DNA of 64,000 bases from Octopus vulgaris (taxonomy: Eukaryota), in assembly GCA_951406725.2 (NCBI GenBank), contig OX597814.1, positions 138,694,001-138,758,000 of the forward strand. Reading direction: 5' to 3'. The translations under genes were made by a program, and so were the position numbers. The notes under the pieces were generated by a model. It did not search any database. It saw only the letters and a program-made list of their open reading frames with translations, and had not been told where the DNA came from. Positions 40,559 through 53,143 of this stretch are shown in pieces; the first letter of the stretch is position 1; each line of letters opens with the position of its first letter.

Positions 40559-42555
40559 GTTTGAACTGAGAGGACGCCTCGGTCTGAGCTCCGTCCTAAA
40601 AAGAAAAAAAGAACAAAAACAGCACCTGTTAAAAGTCGTCACGATGGCATGCAGCTGGCGAAAGTTGAACTGAAAGACGCTGTAAGGTAAGACTTTTTGC
40701 TTTTTGAGTCCGGTAGGATTTGTTGCCTGTTGGTTTTAATTTTTGAACAGGCAGGGAGTTCTTACTGAATTCGAAGCTTTTTGTCTGCCTTGCGGCGGAG
40801 ACGTGTGTGTTGTCTCACATAATTATGAGAAATTGTATTTGAAAATATTTGTGCCCATGCGGATTAAAATAATTGGCCAGGAGTACCTTTCGGCCGAAAA
40901 TTTATTTCTTTGCCTGGATTTGAACTCTCTTTTCACAGCTATCATTTATTTAAAAAAAAAAGCTTATTTGAACTGTTACTTTTATTTTTTCTTCCCTTCT
41001 GTTGTGTCTTCTTTCTTTTTTGTGTATCTTTCTTTATTTGAAAACGTATTGACGAACTATATTTGAACTTTTTATTTAAAAAAAATGGCAAAGGAAATAT
41101 TAGTGTGGGAATTAACACCTCCCAAATCATGGCTAAAAGAGCTCGAAAGGAAGATGGTGGTGTTGAGGACTTATTCAAAATTGTTCGATACCATAACCAT
41201 CTTCCCGAAAGCCACAATTTTGAAAGAGCTGGCAGAATACATGCCAGCTATTAAATTTATTTCACGGGGAGTCAAATTTGCAACGGTCTGGTTGCTATTT
41301 GACTCCCCGAAAGAAGCTTGCGATTTTGCAAGCCGGCCCCTCGAGGGGAAGAAAATAATGTTTCTTCCAAGCTACTGTGGAAAGAAATTATTAAAAGCTT
41401 GGATCTGCGGTTTGCCACCCGGAGTTGAGCTCGAGTGGATAGAGGACTCTATTCGCCGGGGTCTGGGTGGTAGCAGTACCAAGCTGCTCAACGTAAAAAT
41501 TTTGCCTGCGGCTTATTGGGAGGGGTCAAAAGCTGTGTTTACCCTATGGACCCAAACAGCCGAAAGTCTGGTTTTCCCAGATTTTTTGAGGATGGCCGGA
41601 TCTAGGTATCCGGTGATTCTCGAGGGACGCCCCCCCCCTAAGTGTCACCTGTGCCTGGAGACCGGCCACATCAAGAAAAACAGGACCCTGGAGCAGTTAA
41701 CAGAGGAACCACTCCCTGCTCCCTCAATGGAGGGAGAGAAGGAGGAGGATGTCGAGGAGGTTTCCACATCCTTGAAAAGACGAAAGCGAAAGGTGGACAA
41801 CAATGGTTGCCCACCGAAGAACCCGAGAGCTGCGGGAGAAAAGGAGGACCTACTGGACACAGCAAGGGAACACCACCCTGCCGCAGTCCAAGGGAAAAAG
41901 AAAAGAAAAAAGAAAAACGGGACATTGCGGGCAGGTTGTGACACGCTGCCGGCGTGTTCCGATTCTCCTTTGGCGGGTGTGCTGCTGGAGGAGGAATTTT
42001 TGGTCCTCTTCCACAAGGGAGGAACCTTGCAAAATGAAATCCAAAAAATTGAAAGGAAGTGCCGGTGGGAGGGGCTTCTGTCCTACACGGAGGACCCTAA
42101 GTGGCCTTCGCAGGTGGCTGCGGAGGTCTTACGGGAGAACGACCTATGGAAGATAGCGAACTCCTTCCCGAAGGACTCCTTCATATTTATGTTGAAACCT
42201 TTAAGTTCGGAACGGACCAGGTGCTTCGATGAAGCGAGGAGCCTGGCCGGGCGGAAAAATTGAAGAGGTGTATTACCTCAAAAAGAGACTAAAACTGTAA
42301 AAAGTGAGAGGATAATTACCTCGTGTTTGTGTTTTATTTTTAATTTTGAACTGTGTAAGAGGTTTATTGCCTCATTGTGTTTTTAAAAAAAAAGTAAAAG
42401 AGAACAATGTTTTAGAGAAGCGAAAGTCGGCGGGCGCTTTTCCTCTTCTCTCATCCTTATCATCCATATATCATCATCATTCATCCCATTAATGTCTCTG
42501 TCTAGCTCTCAAGCTTCTCTCTGTGTGCTGCCCTTGTGGAAAATTTAATGAAATA
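40559..42555 (+). mobile_element. ORF1-only (HAL1-like) non-autonomous L1/Tx1-type retroelement with a 15-bp TSD
   Basis: TSD aagaagcttgcttcc at 40544-40558 and 42556-42570; one long ORF, no RT/EN; tail cccttgtggaaaatttaatgaaat. Confidence 0.85.
41085..42263 (+). CDS. ORF1p/gag-like nucleic-acid-binding protein (RRM-like region, zinc knuckle, basic stretches), 392 aa
   Basis: Uninterrupted ATG-TGA ORF; KAWICGLPPGVELEWIEDSIRR; C-HL-C-LETG-H-IKKN-R (CCHC knuckle with the last Cys lost); KRRKRK and KKKRKKK. Confidence 0.8.
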   Translation: MAKEILVWELTPPKSWLKELERKMVVLRTYSKLFDTITIFPKATILKELAEYMPAIKFISRGVKFATVWLLFDSPKEACDFASRPLEGKKIMFLPSYCGKKLLKAWICGLPPGVELEWIEDSIRRGLGGSSTKLLNVKILPAAYWEGSKAVFTLWTQTAESLVFPDFLRMAGSRYPVILEGRPPPKCHLCLETGHIKKNRTLEQLTEEPLPAPSMEGEKEEDVEEVSTSLKRRKRKVDNNGCPPKNPRAAGEKEDLLDTAREHHPAAVQGKKKRKKKNGTLRAGCDTLPACSDSPLAGVLLEEEFLVLFHKGGTLQNEIQKIERKCRWEGLLSYTEDPKWPSQVAAEVLRENDLWKIANSFPKDSFIFMLKPLSSERTRCFDEARSLAGRKN

Positions 42556-42706
42556 AAGAAGCTTGCTTCCCAATCACATGCTTCCGAGTTCAGTCCGTCT
42601 GCGTAGCACCTTCAGCAAGTATTTTCTGCTATAGCGTTGGGTCGATCAAAGTCTTATGAGTGGATTTTGTAGACGGAAACTGAAAGAAGCGCGTCGTATA
42701 TATAAA

Positions 42707-42746
<40 letters not shown>

Positions 42747-43885
42747 TAGATAGATAGATAGATAGATATAGATATATATGTGGGTGGGGGGTTGTATGTT
42801 TGTCCCCCACCATCGCTTGACAACCAGTGTTGGTGTGTTTACGTCCCCGTAACTTAGGCTTATAAGGAATAAGTTCTGGGTTTGATTTGTTCGACAAATG
42901 ACTGAAACAAGTAAAAGAATAAACGAATATATATATTGTTGTATTTCGGGATGGCCAAATACACACACGTACTATAGACACATACATACATACATACATA
43001 CATACATACATACATACATAAGTGCATATATATTTTTGTTTCTTCACTCTTTTATTGCTATTATTTAATTATTTTAACGGTTGTCCACTGTTTGGAAATC
43101 TTTCGTCACACATCTGTGACACCTTCAGCGACACTTTTCGTTTCCATGTGTGGTCTTGCTCCATTTACTCCATTCTGTTCTTCTAAGATGTGTATCCTTA
43201 TGTGCGTATGGGTTTGTGTCCTTGTATGTGTGTTTGTCTGTGTGAGTGTGTATGTGTATTGTGCGTGTGTGTGTTTGGGTGTGTGCGCGTGTGTGTATGT
43301 TTATGCGTGTGGCTTATTTTTAGCAGCACTGTGGCCTTCTCCTCAGTCCCAACCTCTCACCCCATTCTGCTGCTGCTGTCCTACGACCCGAGGAAAAAAG
43401 AGCTCCTGTATTACTGTGTGTATTTGTGTTCAACCAAGGTGTTGCCATCGTGATAATTGTTGTTGTTATTGCCCTCGATGGTACTGCCGCTCCTGCTGAC
43501 CGTGTCAGTTGTGTTGTTGACATCATATGGCCATCCATGAGGTTTCATGTGTATGTGTGTTTCTATGTGTATATATATGTTCACTTCGTATGTATCCATA
43601 CCTTTGATATAGTTTTATTTATTTATACTATCTATCACTGTCTTACATTTATCACGGGTATCTGGCAGATATATATATATATATATATATATATATTCGC
43701 TTTATTTATCTATTTATCTATTTATCTATTTATTTATTTACTTATTTATATATCTATCTCTATTTCTCATAGGTATCACAGGTAAGTACATATATGTATA
43801 TTGTGTGTGTAGCTTCTGTAATCAAATTGAGGTAGACACAAAATCTTCAATCAACAGCCTCACGATATTGTATACCGTGCGACGT

Positions 43886-43948
<63 letters not shown>

Positions 43949-43949
43949 T

Positions 43950-44525
43950 AATAATAATGCAACACCAGGAGGCCTTGATGCAATAACACACATTGGCTCT
44001 CATGGCTTCTGATCTTAACTACTTGGAAGTGTTATCATGTACACATTTTATCTTAATTTAATAGACAGGCTGCATAAAATAATCTGCTCAATACCACAGA
44101 TTTGCTTATCAGTTGTTGGACCTTAACTAGTTGAACATGTCTCTCTGTGGCTGACGATATGTACACCTCTGATCACGAGCAGGAGTATTCGGAAAGCATC
44201 ATTGCCGTGTATTGAAGTGAATTCTTTGGGGTTTTAATAATTCACCTTCGATAACATGGGTGTTTCATTCATCATCCTTAAATAAATTTTATTCAGATGC
44301 CTTTTGAGCAGGATCAGCTATTCGATCTGAAGAAAATTCTGACTGGGCCCAATCTGCAAAGTCATGTGTTGTTTATCTTGATATATGATCACCATATCGC
44401 GCACTTATAGTTGTGATGCATGTACCTGGTGTACCCTATCAGACGGGTAGTCATGATGGGTATATTGGGCTTCGTATATTTGTACACCAGTGTCACTTTG
44501 ATGGCATGCGTTGGTCTCACACTCA
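43950..44525. mobile_element. Probable interspersed repeat between (AAT)n and (AAC)n tracts, possibly a decayed transposase
   Basis: Block bounded by simple repeats; minus strand ATERHVQLV..QICGIEQ weakly resembles transposase C-termini. Confidence 0.3.
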
Positions 44526-45504
44526 ACAACAACAACAAGAAAGAAAGAAAGAAAGGAATGAAGAAAAAAAAGCAATGCACGAGGAAATAATAAGCGTTCA
44601 AGGAGGTAAATATTATTTGAATGAGAATACACAAAGAAAGTACGGAGCTTTTGACACTCCAGTAAAGAGAAAGATAAAAGTTAAAACGGAGTATTTACAA
44701 CTAAAACTCAACTCTGAATGAAAGAGGAAGGAGTTGATTGACACGGAAATATCTCCACGAAGTTAATAGCTGCCAATAAAAAAAACAGCTGAATTGAATG
44801 AATATTTTATTGAAGCATTCTACGTGTTGCTGACGCAATGATTATTGTTTTAATTGAAATTAATACTGTATTAATTAAAATAAATCATTAGGAAATTGAC
44901 GATGACATATATCTCGGTCTTGAAGTCAGGTTCCGGTTTCATTTCAATTTTATTTTTTTCTCTGTTATCTTTTACTTGTTTCAATCATTGAATTGCTGCC
45001 ATGCTGGGGCACAATTTGAAAGGCTTAGCAGAATTAATCGACCCCAGTAATTATTTTTTGAAACCTGGTAGTTTATTCTATCGTTCTCTAATGCTAAACC
45101 ATTACTTTAGACGGGCTTAAACAGACGAACACTGGTCGTGAAGCGGTGACGGTGGTGCTGTTGGGGAAACACCAACACAAAGACACACACATATGTACAT
45201 ATACACACATGCATGCATATACAGATATTTACAAACACACACACGCAGACACAGATGCAGTTATATACACACACTCATACACACACACAAACACTCAAAC
45301 TCATTAACAAAAACATACACCCGTCAATCCCCATACATACAGCATACATACTGTCCCCTTCCTATTTTTTAAAAACTTCCTCCTTCCAACCAATTTTGAC
45401 GTCATTGCTTATAACGGATTATTTTAAATAAATACTCATTATCACTGTGGAAACCATGTAGGCAGTCATTAAGAAGCTTTTGTTCGTCTTGAGGCTGATA
45501 GAGG

Positions 45505-45603
45505 TTCCTTGTATTTCCTGATGAGAAGACGGCATAATGCAACCTTCATTCCTTCGGAATTAAGAGTATGCAATCTTCGAAACATATGTCGAAAGTAAAG
45601 GAA
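45505..45603 (+). ncRNA. Type-I hammerhead ribozyme, fully canonical
   Basis: ttcctt-gta-tttc-CTGATGA-GAAGA...TCTTC-GAAAC-atat-GTC-gaaa-gta-aaggaa; predicted cleavage after C45590. Confidence 0.9.
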
Positions 45604-45789
45604 TTTTGTTAAAATCTTCGTTCGACTCCATTCTTTTCATTTATTCAGATAAAAAAACACACAAATTTCCACACACGAACACGGGGTTCTGCCCTTGGCA
45701 TGTAACTTCAACCGTGTTTTACTGACGTGAATTTGCTACCCAGGTATCGATTAACCGAATTATCCATACTAGGATAATTCATTCATCTA

Positions 45790-45830
<41 letters not shown>

Positions 45831-45850
45831 TAGGATAATTCATTCATCTA

Positions 45851-45931
<81 letters not shown>

Positions 45932-45937
45932 GCATAC

Positions 45938-45976
<39 letters not shown>

Positions 45977-45977
45977 C

Positions 45978-46017
<40 letters not shown>

Positions 46018-46022
46018 CATAC

Positions 46023-46105
<83 letters not shown>

Positions 46106-46188
46106 TACATACATATATATATATATGTATACATATATATACATATACATATATAGATATATATATACATATATATACATATATATAC

Positions 46189-46226
<38 letters not shown>

Positions 46227-47088
46227 ATGCGTGGCGTTCGATCATATAATGATATAAATAATATATAAATATATACATATATACATACATATCTGTATGT
46301 ACTTACATCTATATGTATATATACATGCATATATTGGTACAGGATATCAGAAAAACGTAGAACACAATGAGAAACAAAAACATAAAAACAAAAACGTGGA
46401 AACGAACATTTTTCAAGCAACGAAAAGTCAGAGTACAAGACATACAACACAAGGAATAGTCTCCTTCTTCAGTTGTCCCTGTTTCCTCTACTCAGCTTTT
46501 CGAAGGGAAGGACAAGACGCGACTTCGTTGAAACTATCCTTCCTGCAAAGCGAATTAAAATTTTGGATTGTGTGTGTGTGGGGGGGGGGTAAAAGTGGTA
46601 ACAAGAACAGGACAGTAAAAACAAAATAAGACAGTAAAAACAATAAAAGTAAAAACAGTAAAAAACGGAACAAAGAGAATAACAGTAAAAACAAACGATG
46701 AGGACTGTTAAGCCAACACGATGGAAAAATGATTTTGAACGCGTGAGAAGACAGCTTATTATGAGAGAGACAGGATAAGCGGCCTTGTCTTGGTGAACAT
46801 AGCAGTTATCCAAATGTATATATATATACATGCATATATAGTTATATAAGTATATACGTATGTGTATATATATAAAGGTAAGGTAAAGACCCCCTTCGGT
46901 CATGAGTGACCATGGGATTGCACCTAGAAAGTTACCTTGATGGTCGTATTTTGAATGGTCAGTGACGGCTAGCAGTTGCAGTTCAATTCAGGAGAATATT
47001 TCTATTGAAAGGTTTGTTTATGGAATTTGCGTAGGTGTTATACTAAAAAGCACTAGTGATAAAGTTAAGAGGTAGAAGGTGGAGCAAA

Positions 47089-47241
47089 AGAAGAAGAAGA
47101 AGAAGAAGAAGAAGAAGAAGAAGAAGAAGAAGAAGAAGAAGAAGAAGAAGAAGAAGAAGAAGAAGAAGAAGAAGAAGAAGAAGAAGAAGAAGAAGAAGAA
47201 GAAGAAGAAGAAGAAGAAGAAGAAGAAGAAGAAGAAGAAGA
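47089..47241. repeat. (GAA)n microsatellite
   Basis: Directly visible. Confidence 0.98.
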
Positions 47242-47757
47242 AACTTGGCAGACACGCGTTTCATACCCATATCTCCAATGATGATAGACTGAAATGAACT
47301 GTAACTAATCTGCAAATCCTCTGATAACTTACGGATGGTGATTCCCAGATTTCTCCTCACAGCTGCACTTACATATGCATTATTTTTCTCAGTTCTACTA
47401 GTTGCGGGTCTCTCAGAACTTTCGTCAATATCGGCATTTTTCAGCCATCTTAGAAACGTCTGGAACACTCGTACACTTGTGTGCGGCTTATACACTCCTC
47501 TTCATGAACTTTCTGCAGCTTTGCGTAAGCTTCTAGCATGTATCGCCATGACAGCTCTCTCGATCATTGTCAATGCGACGATCACACGCTACACACGGTC
47601 CTTCCAAGCACTGCTGTAAATAGCGGAACCGAACTAATACGCTAAAACCTAGTGCACATGCACAGCATAGTCCAAGGGCAATTTGTGTCAAGCGACTTTA
47701 CTCTGCGTGCTTGAGCTTCGTAACTATGGCAACAGTCCGGATACTAATTGATCAGAC

Positions 47758-47762
<5 letters not shown>
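47240..47762 (-). mobile_element. Mariner 5' fragment (same family as 8200-9013)
   Basis: Terminus reverse complement TA-tgaggtctgatcaattagtatccggact; ERPATSRTEKN...ITIRKLSEDLQISYSSFQSIIIGDMGMKRVSAKF. Confidence 0.85.
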
Positions 47763-47802
<40 letters not shown>

Positions 47803-47805
47803 ATG

Positions 47806-47874
<69 letters not shown>

Positions 47875-47909
47875 TTATGTATGTATGTATGTATGTATGT
47901 ATATATGTA

Positions 47910-47983
<74 letters not shown>

Positions 47984-48112
47984 AAGAGAGAGAGAAAATA
48001 GTAAAAAGTGAAAAAACTACAGAAGGCTTGTTTTAAAAGGTTAAAAAATATATATTTGAGTCAATATGTCTGAAGAATGTTAAAATTTTTTTCATACAAT
48101 GACATAATATAG

Positions 48113-48152
48113 AAGAAATGACCGGTTTCGCGTTCAGCTTTTCAAATTTCTT
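48113..48152 (-). ncRNA. Minimal type-I hammerhead with U3-A8 covariant core
   Basis: aagaaat-TTGAAAA-GC-tgaac-GC-GAAAC-cg-GTC-atttctt; perfect 7-bp stem I. Confidence 0.8.
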
Positions 48153-48224
48153 AAAACGTTAAGTTTACGTTGAGCGGTGATCTAGATAATAAGTGATTTC
48201 TTCCGGTGTGAGAACTTTCTTACC

Positions 48225-48256
<32 letters not shown>

Positions 48257-48334
48257 TATGTATATATGTATATGTGTGTGTGTGTGTGTGTATGTATGCA
48301 TATATATATACAATGTACGAATCGGGCCAAGGTA

Positions 48335-48465
48335 CGACGATCAGGCGATAAACACCTCTGCAACCTCCGCCCTCCCTTTCAAGGACAGCTTCCGCTCAGA
48401 CCATGTCTGAGTTAGGAGAGCCACCTTTCTCGCCACCTCGTTCCAGTTCTTCTCTATCTGGAGAC
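48335..48465 (-). mobile_element. L1/Tx1-clade ORF2 fragment (post-RT motif)
   Basis: LQIEKNWNEVARKVALLTQTWSERKLSLKGRAEVAEVFI (NW...W..R.LS..GR motif). Confidence 0.8.
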
Positions 48466-48683
48466 AGAGAGAGAGAGAAACAACAGCTGATAGCTTCTGT
48501 CTACATTTTCACTGATTTGATGTATTATAACCAATGTAGGCTTCGCCTTTCATCGTCTCTTCGATGATAAAGCAAGCACCGGCCGAGCAACGGGGGCGAT
48601 GTAATCGGCTTGCCCCTTCCCTCATGTTGATTAAAAATGAAACGATTATTATTATTATTATTTTGTTGTTGTTGTTGTTGTTA

Positions 48684-48733
<50 letters not shown>

Positions 48734-49055
48734 GTCCTCGAGTGAGTTTATTGAAAGATGGGTGAAAGTTGAGAAAATTGCAAGAGTGGATGGATCCTCT
48801 AGGTTATCAGGACAATCTCGAACAGTGAGGTTTCTCGATTATCCCTACAGCGTTCCTGTATCAGGATGGCCACATCTCTATCATCCTCACCCCTTTTTCT
48901 TTTATCTTTGTATGCTATGCATATGTCTCTTCTTTTCCAGTGTATACCATATATACTTTTTTATCATTTCATTATCTTATGTAAACACTCACACTTTATG
49001 TCTTTCACTGTATTGTCTCCTCATTCGTCACCCTTGTGGCAAATAAATGAAATTA
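48734..49055 (+). mobile_element. L1/Tx1-clade 3' end with (ATT)n tail
   Basis: SSSEFIERWVKVEKIARV (ORF2 C-terminal F..RW pattern), pyrimidine-rich UTR, cccttgtggcaaataaatgaaat. Confidence 0.65.
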
Positions 49056-49063
49056 TCATTATC

Positions 49064-49119
<56 letters not shown>

Positions 49120-49659
49120 CATCATCATCATTGCCTTTGTATAGCTTCTAATGCTAGAGATGTACTACAGTGTAACATGAAATATTCTCGATAAGGTTCT
49201 TCCTTATTCGTTTGGAACGCAAAGCCATCATCTTCGAAACAGCACATATTACAACACCCGACATTCATCTCTAAACAAATATCTATACTGCCATTATGCC
49301 ACCACAAGTGACGTTTTGCACGAAACAATTTTAAACCATTAGCTGTTAATATTATTCTATAAGTTTCACTCCAGCGAAAACAATAACCCATTGTTTTCCT
49401 TTATATGAGACCTAGGTGGCCAAAGTATTACAATATATATAACTATGCAGCAATTATATTTACGAAAACTTTTCACTGGTCACCATTACTTAACTTATGC
49501 AGAATACGCATGTATGTATGTATATATATATATATATAGATATATATATATATAGATAAGAAAGTTGGTTTGTGAAAGCACGTGGGTGAATATATAGAAA
49601 ATAGTAAAGAGTGAAAAAACTACAGAAGGCTTAAATGTTAAAAAATATATATATTTGCG

Positions 49660-49700
<41 letters not shown>

Positions 49701-49914
49701 TATGTATATATATGTATATATGTATATATGAATGTATTCGTACATACGTGTATATACACACATACATACATACACGCACTCACACCATAGACCCATTAAC
49801 TGAATTGTGCTAGAGATATTTTAACCATTGTTACACTCATATACAATTCTGTTTTTTGGGTATACATTGTTAAGCATTTAGAGAGTTCACAGCATATGTA
49901 CGACTTACTGTTTT

Positions 49915-50600
49915 TATCTTTTACCTTTTACTTGTTTCAATCATTGGACTGCAGCCGTGCTGGGGCACCACTTTCGGGAATTTGTTTTAGTCGAATGAAT
50001 CGACCCCAGTACTTATTTTGTTAAGCCAGGTACTTGTCCTATCGGTCGCTTTTGCCGACCGCTAAGTTACGGGGACGTAAATACACAATCACCGGTTATC
50101 AAGCGGTAGCGGGGACAATCACATATACACACGCAATCAAATATATATCTATATACATATGTATGTATGTATGTATATATCTATATGTATGAATATATAT
50201 ATATGTGTGTGTATGTGTGTGTGTATGTATCTATATGTATATAGATATGTGTGTGTTCAGTAATCTCTCGACTGTCGTGAGTGTTACGTTCTAAAACACC
50301 CTGTGATAGGTGAAGTTCCGCCTAGTAGAAACAGTACTGTACTGTATACTTTGTTTTTATTATTTTTATAATTTGTATATATTTAATTTATTATAAAGGC
50401 AGAACAACACCACAGAGGAATCGACGTAAGCTTAAATAAACCGCGTTAGCTGAACAGCGAATTGGCGAGGGATTACTGTGTATATACGACGGGCTTCTTT
50501 CAGCTTCCATCTACCAAATCCACTCACAGGCCTTTGGTTAGCCCGTAGTCTATATTAGAAGACACTTGCCCAAGGTGCCACGAAGTAGGACTGAGCGGAC
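49915..50600 (-). mobile_element. SINE family A with a nested MITE
   Basis: Tail part 49915-50125, head part 50485-50595. Confidence 0.8.
50258..50478. mobile_element. Tigger/pogo-like MITE
   Basis: TIRs cagtaatctctcg / cgagggattactg. Confidence 0.7.
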
Positions 50601-51484
50601 ACTTTAATTTACAAATCATTTATTTTCCACTTTCCACCGTATGGAGATTTCATGGAGGATTTTCTTCGCCCTGCTTTTTCTTCTTTCTGTTCCGATATTC
50701 TGATATACACCAAATTTTTCTACTTTTCCCAAACCCTCTCTTATTCTCGAATCCTTATTGTGTCTACAGGAGCTTGTCTGTTTATTCATACTTTCTCTCA
50801 CCCTTTCGCTCACTCTTTCTATGCGTTCTACCTCCTTTCTCTCTCTCTCCCCCCTCTCTCTTTCCCGCTCTCTTTCTCCCTCTTTCACTCACACACATAC
50901 GTATGTGTATATGTGTACAAGTTATCCCCCTCTTCCGGTAAAAATTTAATAAACGTGTTCTCTACTAAAAAGCATTGAATACTTCTTTAGTTTAAGGAAA
51001 GACTAACACCTTAGACGTAGGAAAACACTCTTAAATTGAAGATGCTCTCACTCAGCGGGAATAAAACCCAGGTAAGCCAAATATAGCGTACATCAAGAAC
51101 AATGTTAGTTCTGTCAAAAAATCATAATATTCACATTTCTTCATTATCTATTCATGAATTAATTATAAATTCAAATTGACCGACAAGACAAACATGCCCT
51201 TAATTTAGATCAAATTTCCCACTAAACTATCAAAGATAATAGGCTCTAACTTGGAATGGCAACAGATTGGAGTACAGACTAGAAACTGAATCAAAGACAT
51301 TGATAAAGCTGGCTTAGATTTCGTTGTGGGGTCGCTCATAACCATATGTAGCAGTTCAAGCGTTTTTGATCCCGTGTAGTAGCATTGAAGTGTTTCTAGA
51401 AGAAGAACAAATAAAGCGCATCTAATTGCACTAAAACACAAGTTAGTCAAGAATCAAGGTAATACACATGCAAAATGTCAGCCT

Positions 51485-51593
<109 letters not shown>

Positions 51594-51609
51594 ATTATAT
51601 ATATATATG

Positions 51610-51662
<53 letters not shown>

Positions 51663-51900
51663 TGTGTTTGCCTTTCAAGTGCTGCGGTTTTACTGAGATC
51701 TCCCTTTTAGTAGAAAGAATAGCTATAACTCTTTGACTGCTATTTCTAAATTCGGTGTGTGGTGAGGCAAATCGTTGCTAAACCCTTAATTACTTAGTAT
51801 TACTTAAACTTTCCTCGAATGAGGCTTTTACATGCCGAAATCTACTTGGTGAAATTAATGATTATTCCAAATTAATTAATTTCACCCTATATTATTACTG

Positions 51901-51962
<62 letters not shown>

Positions 51963-52203
51963 ATGTATATGAATATATAATTGAATGAGGCAGCCCTGTT
52001 ACATTCCGTATCACGCCAAATCGTCTGAGAAATACGTTAAGAGCACGCATGTGTGTGCAGTGCTCAGACACATGCAGGTTGATGTCAAGTTATTTAATTT
52101 TTATCGGATCAATTGGAACACTCGTCAGAGTAACTGACATGGCGCCAGTTACTATGAATTATTAGCTTTGTCTTTCTCGATCTCTTTCTCACTCCCTCTG
52201 TTC

Positions 52204-52267
<64 letters not shown>

Positions 52268-52342
52268 GGTTGAAAAATGAACACACGAGTTGACATGTAC
52301 AAGGAAAATAAGACAAGGTGGAAAATGCTAAAATAATTTTAT

Positions 52343-52838
52343 TATGAAGAACATTTTAGTACCAGTTTCAGTGCTTGCAACATTTTTAACTTAGAGTAAA
52401 GCATGAAAAACAATTAAATTGTGAAATAATTAAATGAAATGTTTTTAAAATATTTCCGTAGTTTTCAAATACAAGTGACATTTTCCTTTTATCTGTCTGC
52501 CTTTGTCTCTCTTTATTTTTTTTTTACTCCTGTGAGGTTTTGGTAGCAGGTAGCAGATAGTAGCAGTCCTAATATTTGATATGAGTTTTTGGTTTTGATT
52601 GCTTAAGCAGCAGTAGTAGCTGTGAAAGGAGGCGGCGAAGAAGAAGATGATGATGATGATGATGATGATGAAGAAGAAGAAGAAGAAGAAGAAGAAGAAG
52701 AAGAAGAAGAAGAAGAAGACCTATAGAAATATTTTTAGAAACATTTAATTTAATTTTTCCACAATTTAATTGTATTTCATGCTTTACTTTAAGTTGAAAA
52801 AGTCGCAAAAACTGAAACCGGTACTAAAATGGTCTTCA

Positions 52839-52842
<4 letters not shown>
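52343..52842. repeat. ~120-bp inverted repeat carrying U3-A8 hammerhead-like motifs, flanking (GAT)n(GAA)n
   Basis: 52343-52460 vs 52720-52842; plus copy ag-TTGAAAA-AG-tcgcaaaaa-CT-GAAAC-cg-GTA-ct. Confidence 0.75.
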
Positions 52843-52896
<54 letters not shown>

Positions 52897-52899
52897 AAA

Positions 52900-53093
52900 T
52901 GTGACCGCATGTGTACCGTTGACGATTTTCCCCCTCCGTCTTCCCTTCATTGGATCTTTCCTTTTCCTGTGTTTCTGACGAAGAGCTCCGCTCGAAACTT
53001 TAATCCCGCCTTCCCTTCCTTCCTGAGCGTCCAATAATACTATATCTGTTCCACGTCCTCGCGTTGTTGTGTTTTCATGTTTGGATTAACTTT

Positions 53094-53095
<2 letters not shown>
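52900..53095 (+). mobile_element. pLTR module (CTGACGA family)
   Basis: tttCTGACGA-A-GAGC-tcc-GCTC-GAAAC-TTT. Confidence 0.8.

Positions 53096-53139
<44 letters not shown>

Positions 53140-53143
<4 letters not shown>

Larger units (their letters stand above)
40521..42925 (+). mobile_element. SINE family A split by a 2-kb insertion (SINE parts 40521-40558 and 42571-42925)
   Basis: Removing the insert and one TSD copy restores aggtgcaggagtggctgtgtggtaagaagcttgcttcccaatcacatg...gttcagtcc. Confidence 0.88.

Noticed and set aside
41642-42156. Overlapping alternative ORFs inside the 392-aa ORF
   Set aside because: Expected shadows of a GC-richer coding region.
45767-45853. ~26-bp direct repeat around (TA)n
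   Set aside because: Probably slippage or local misassembly; no element lies between the copies.
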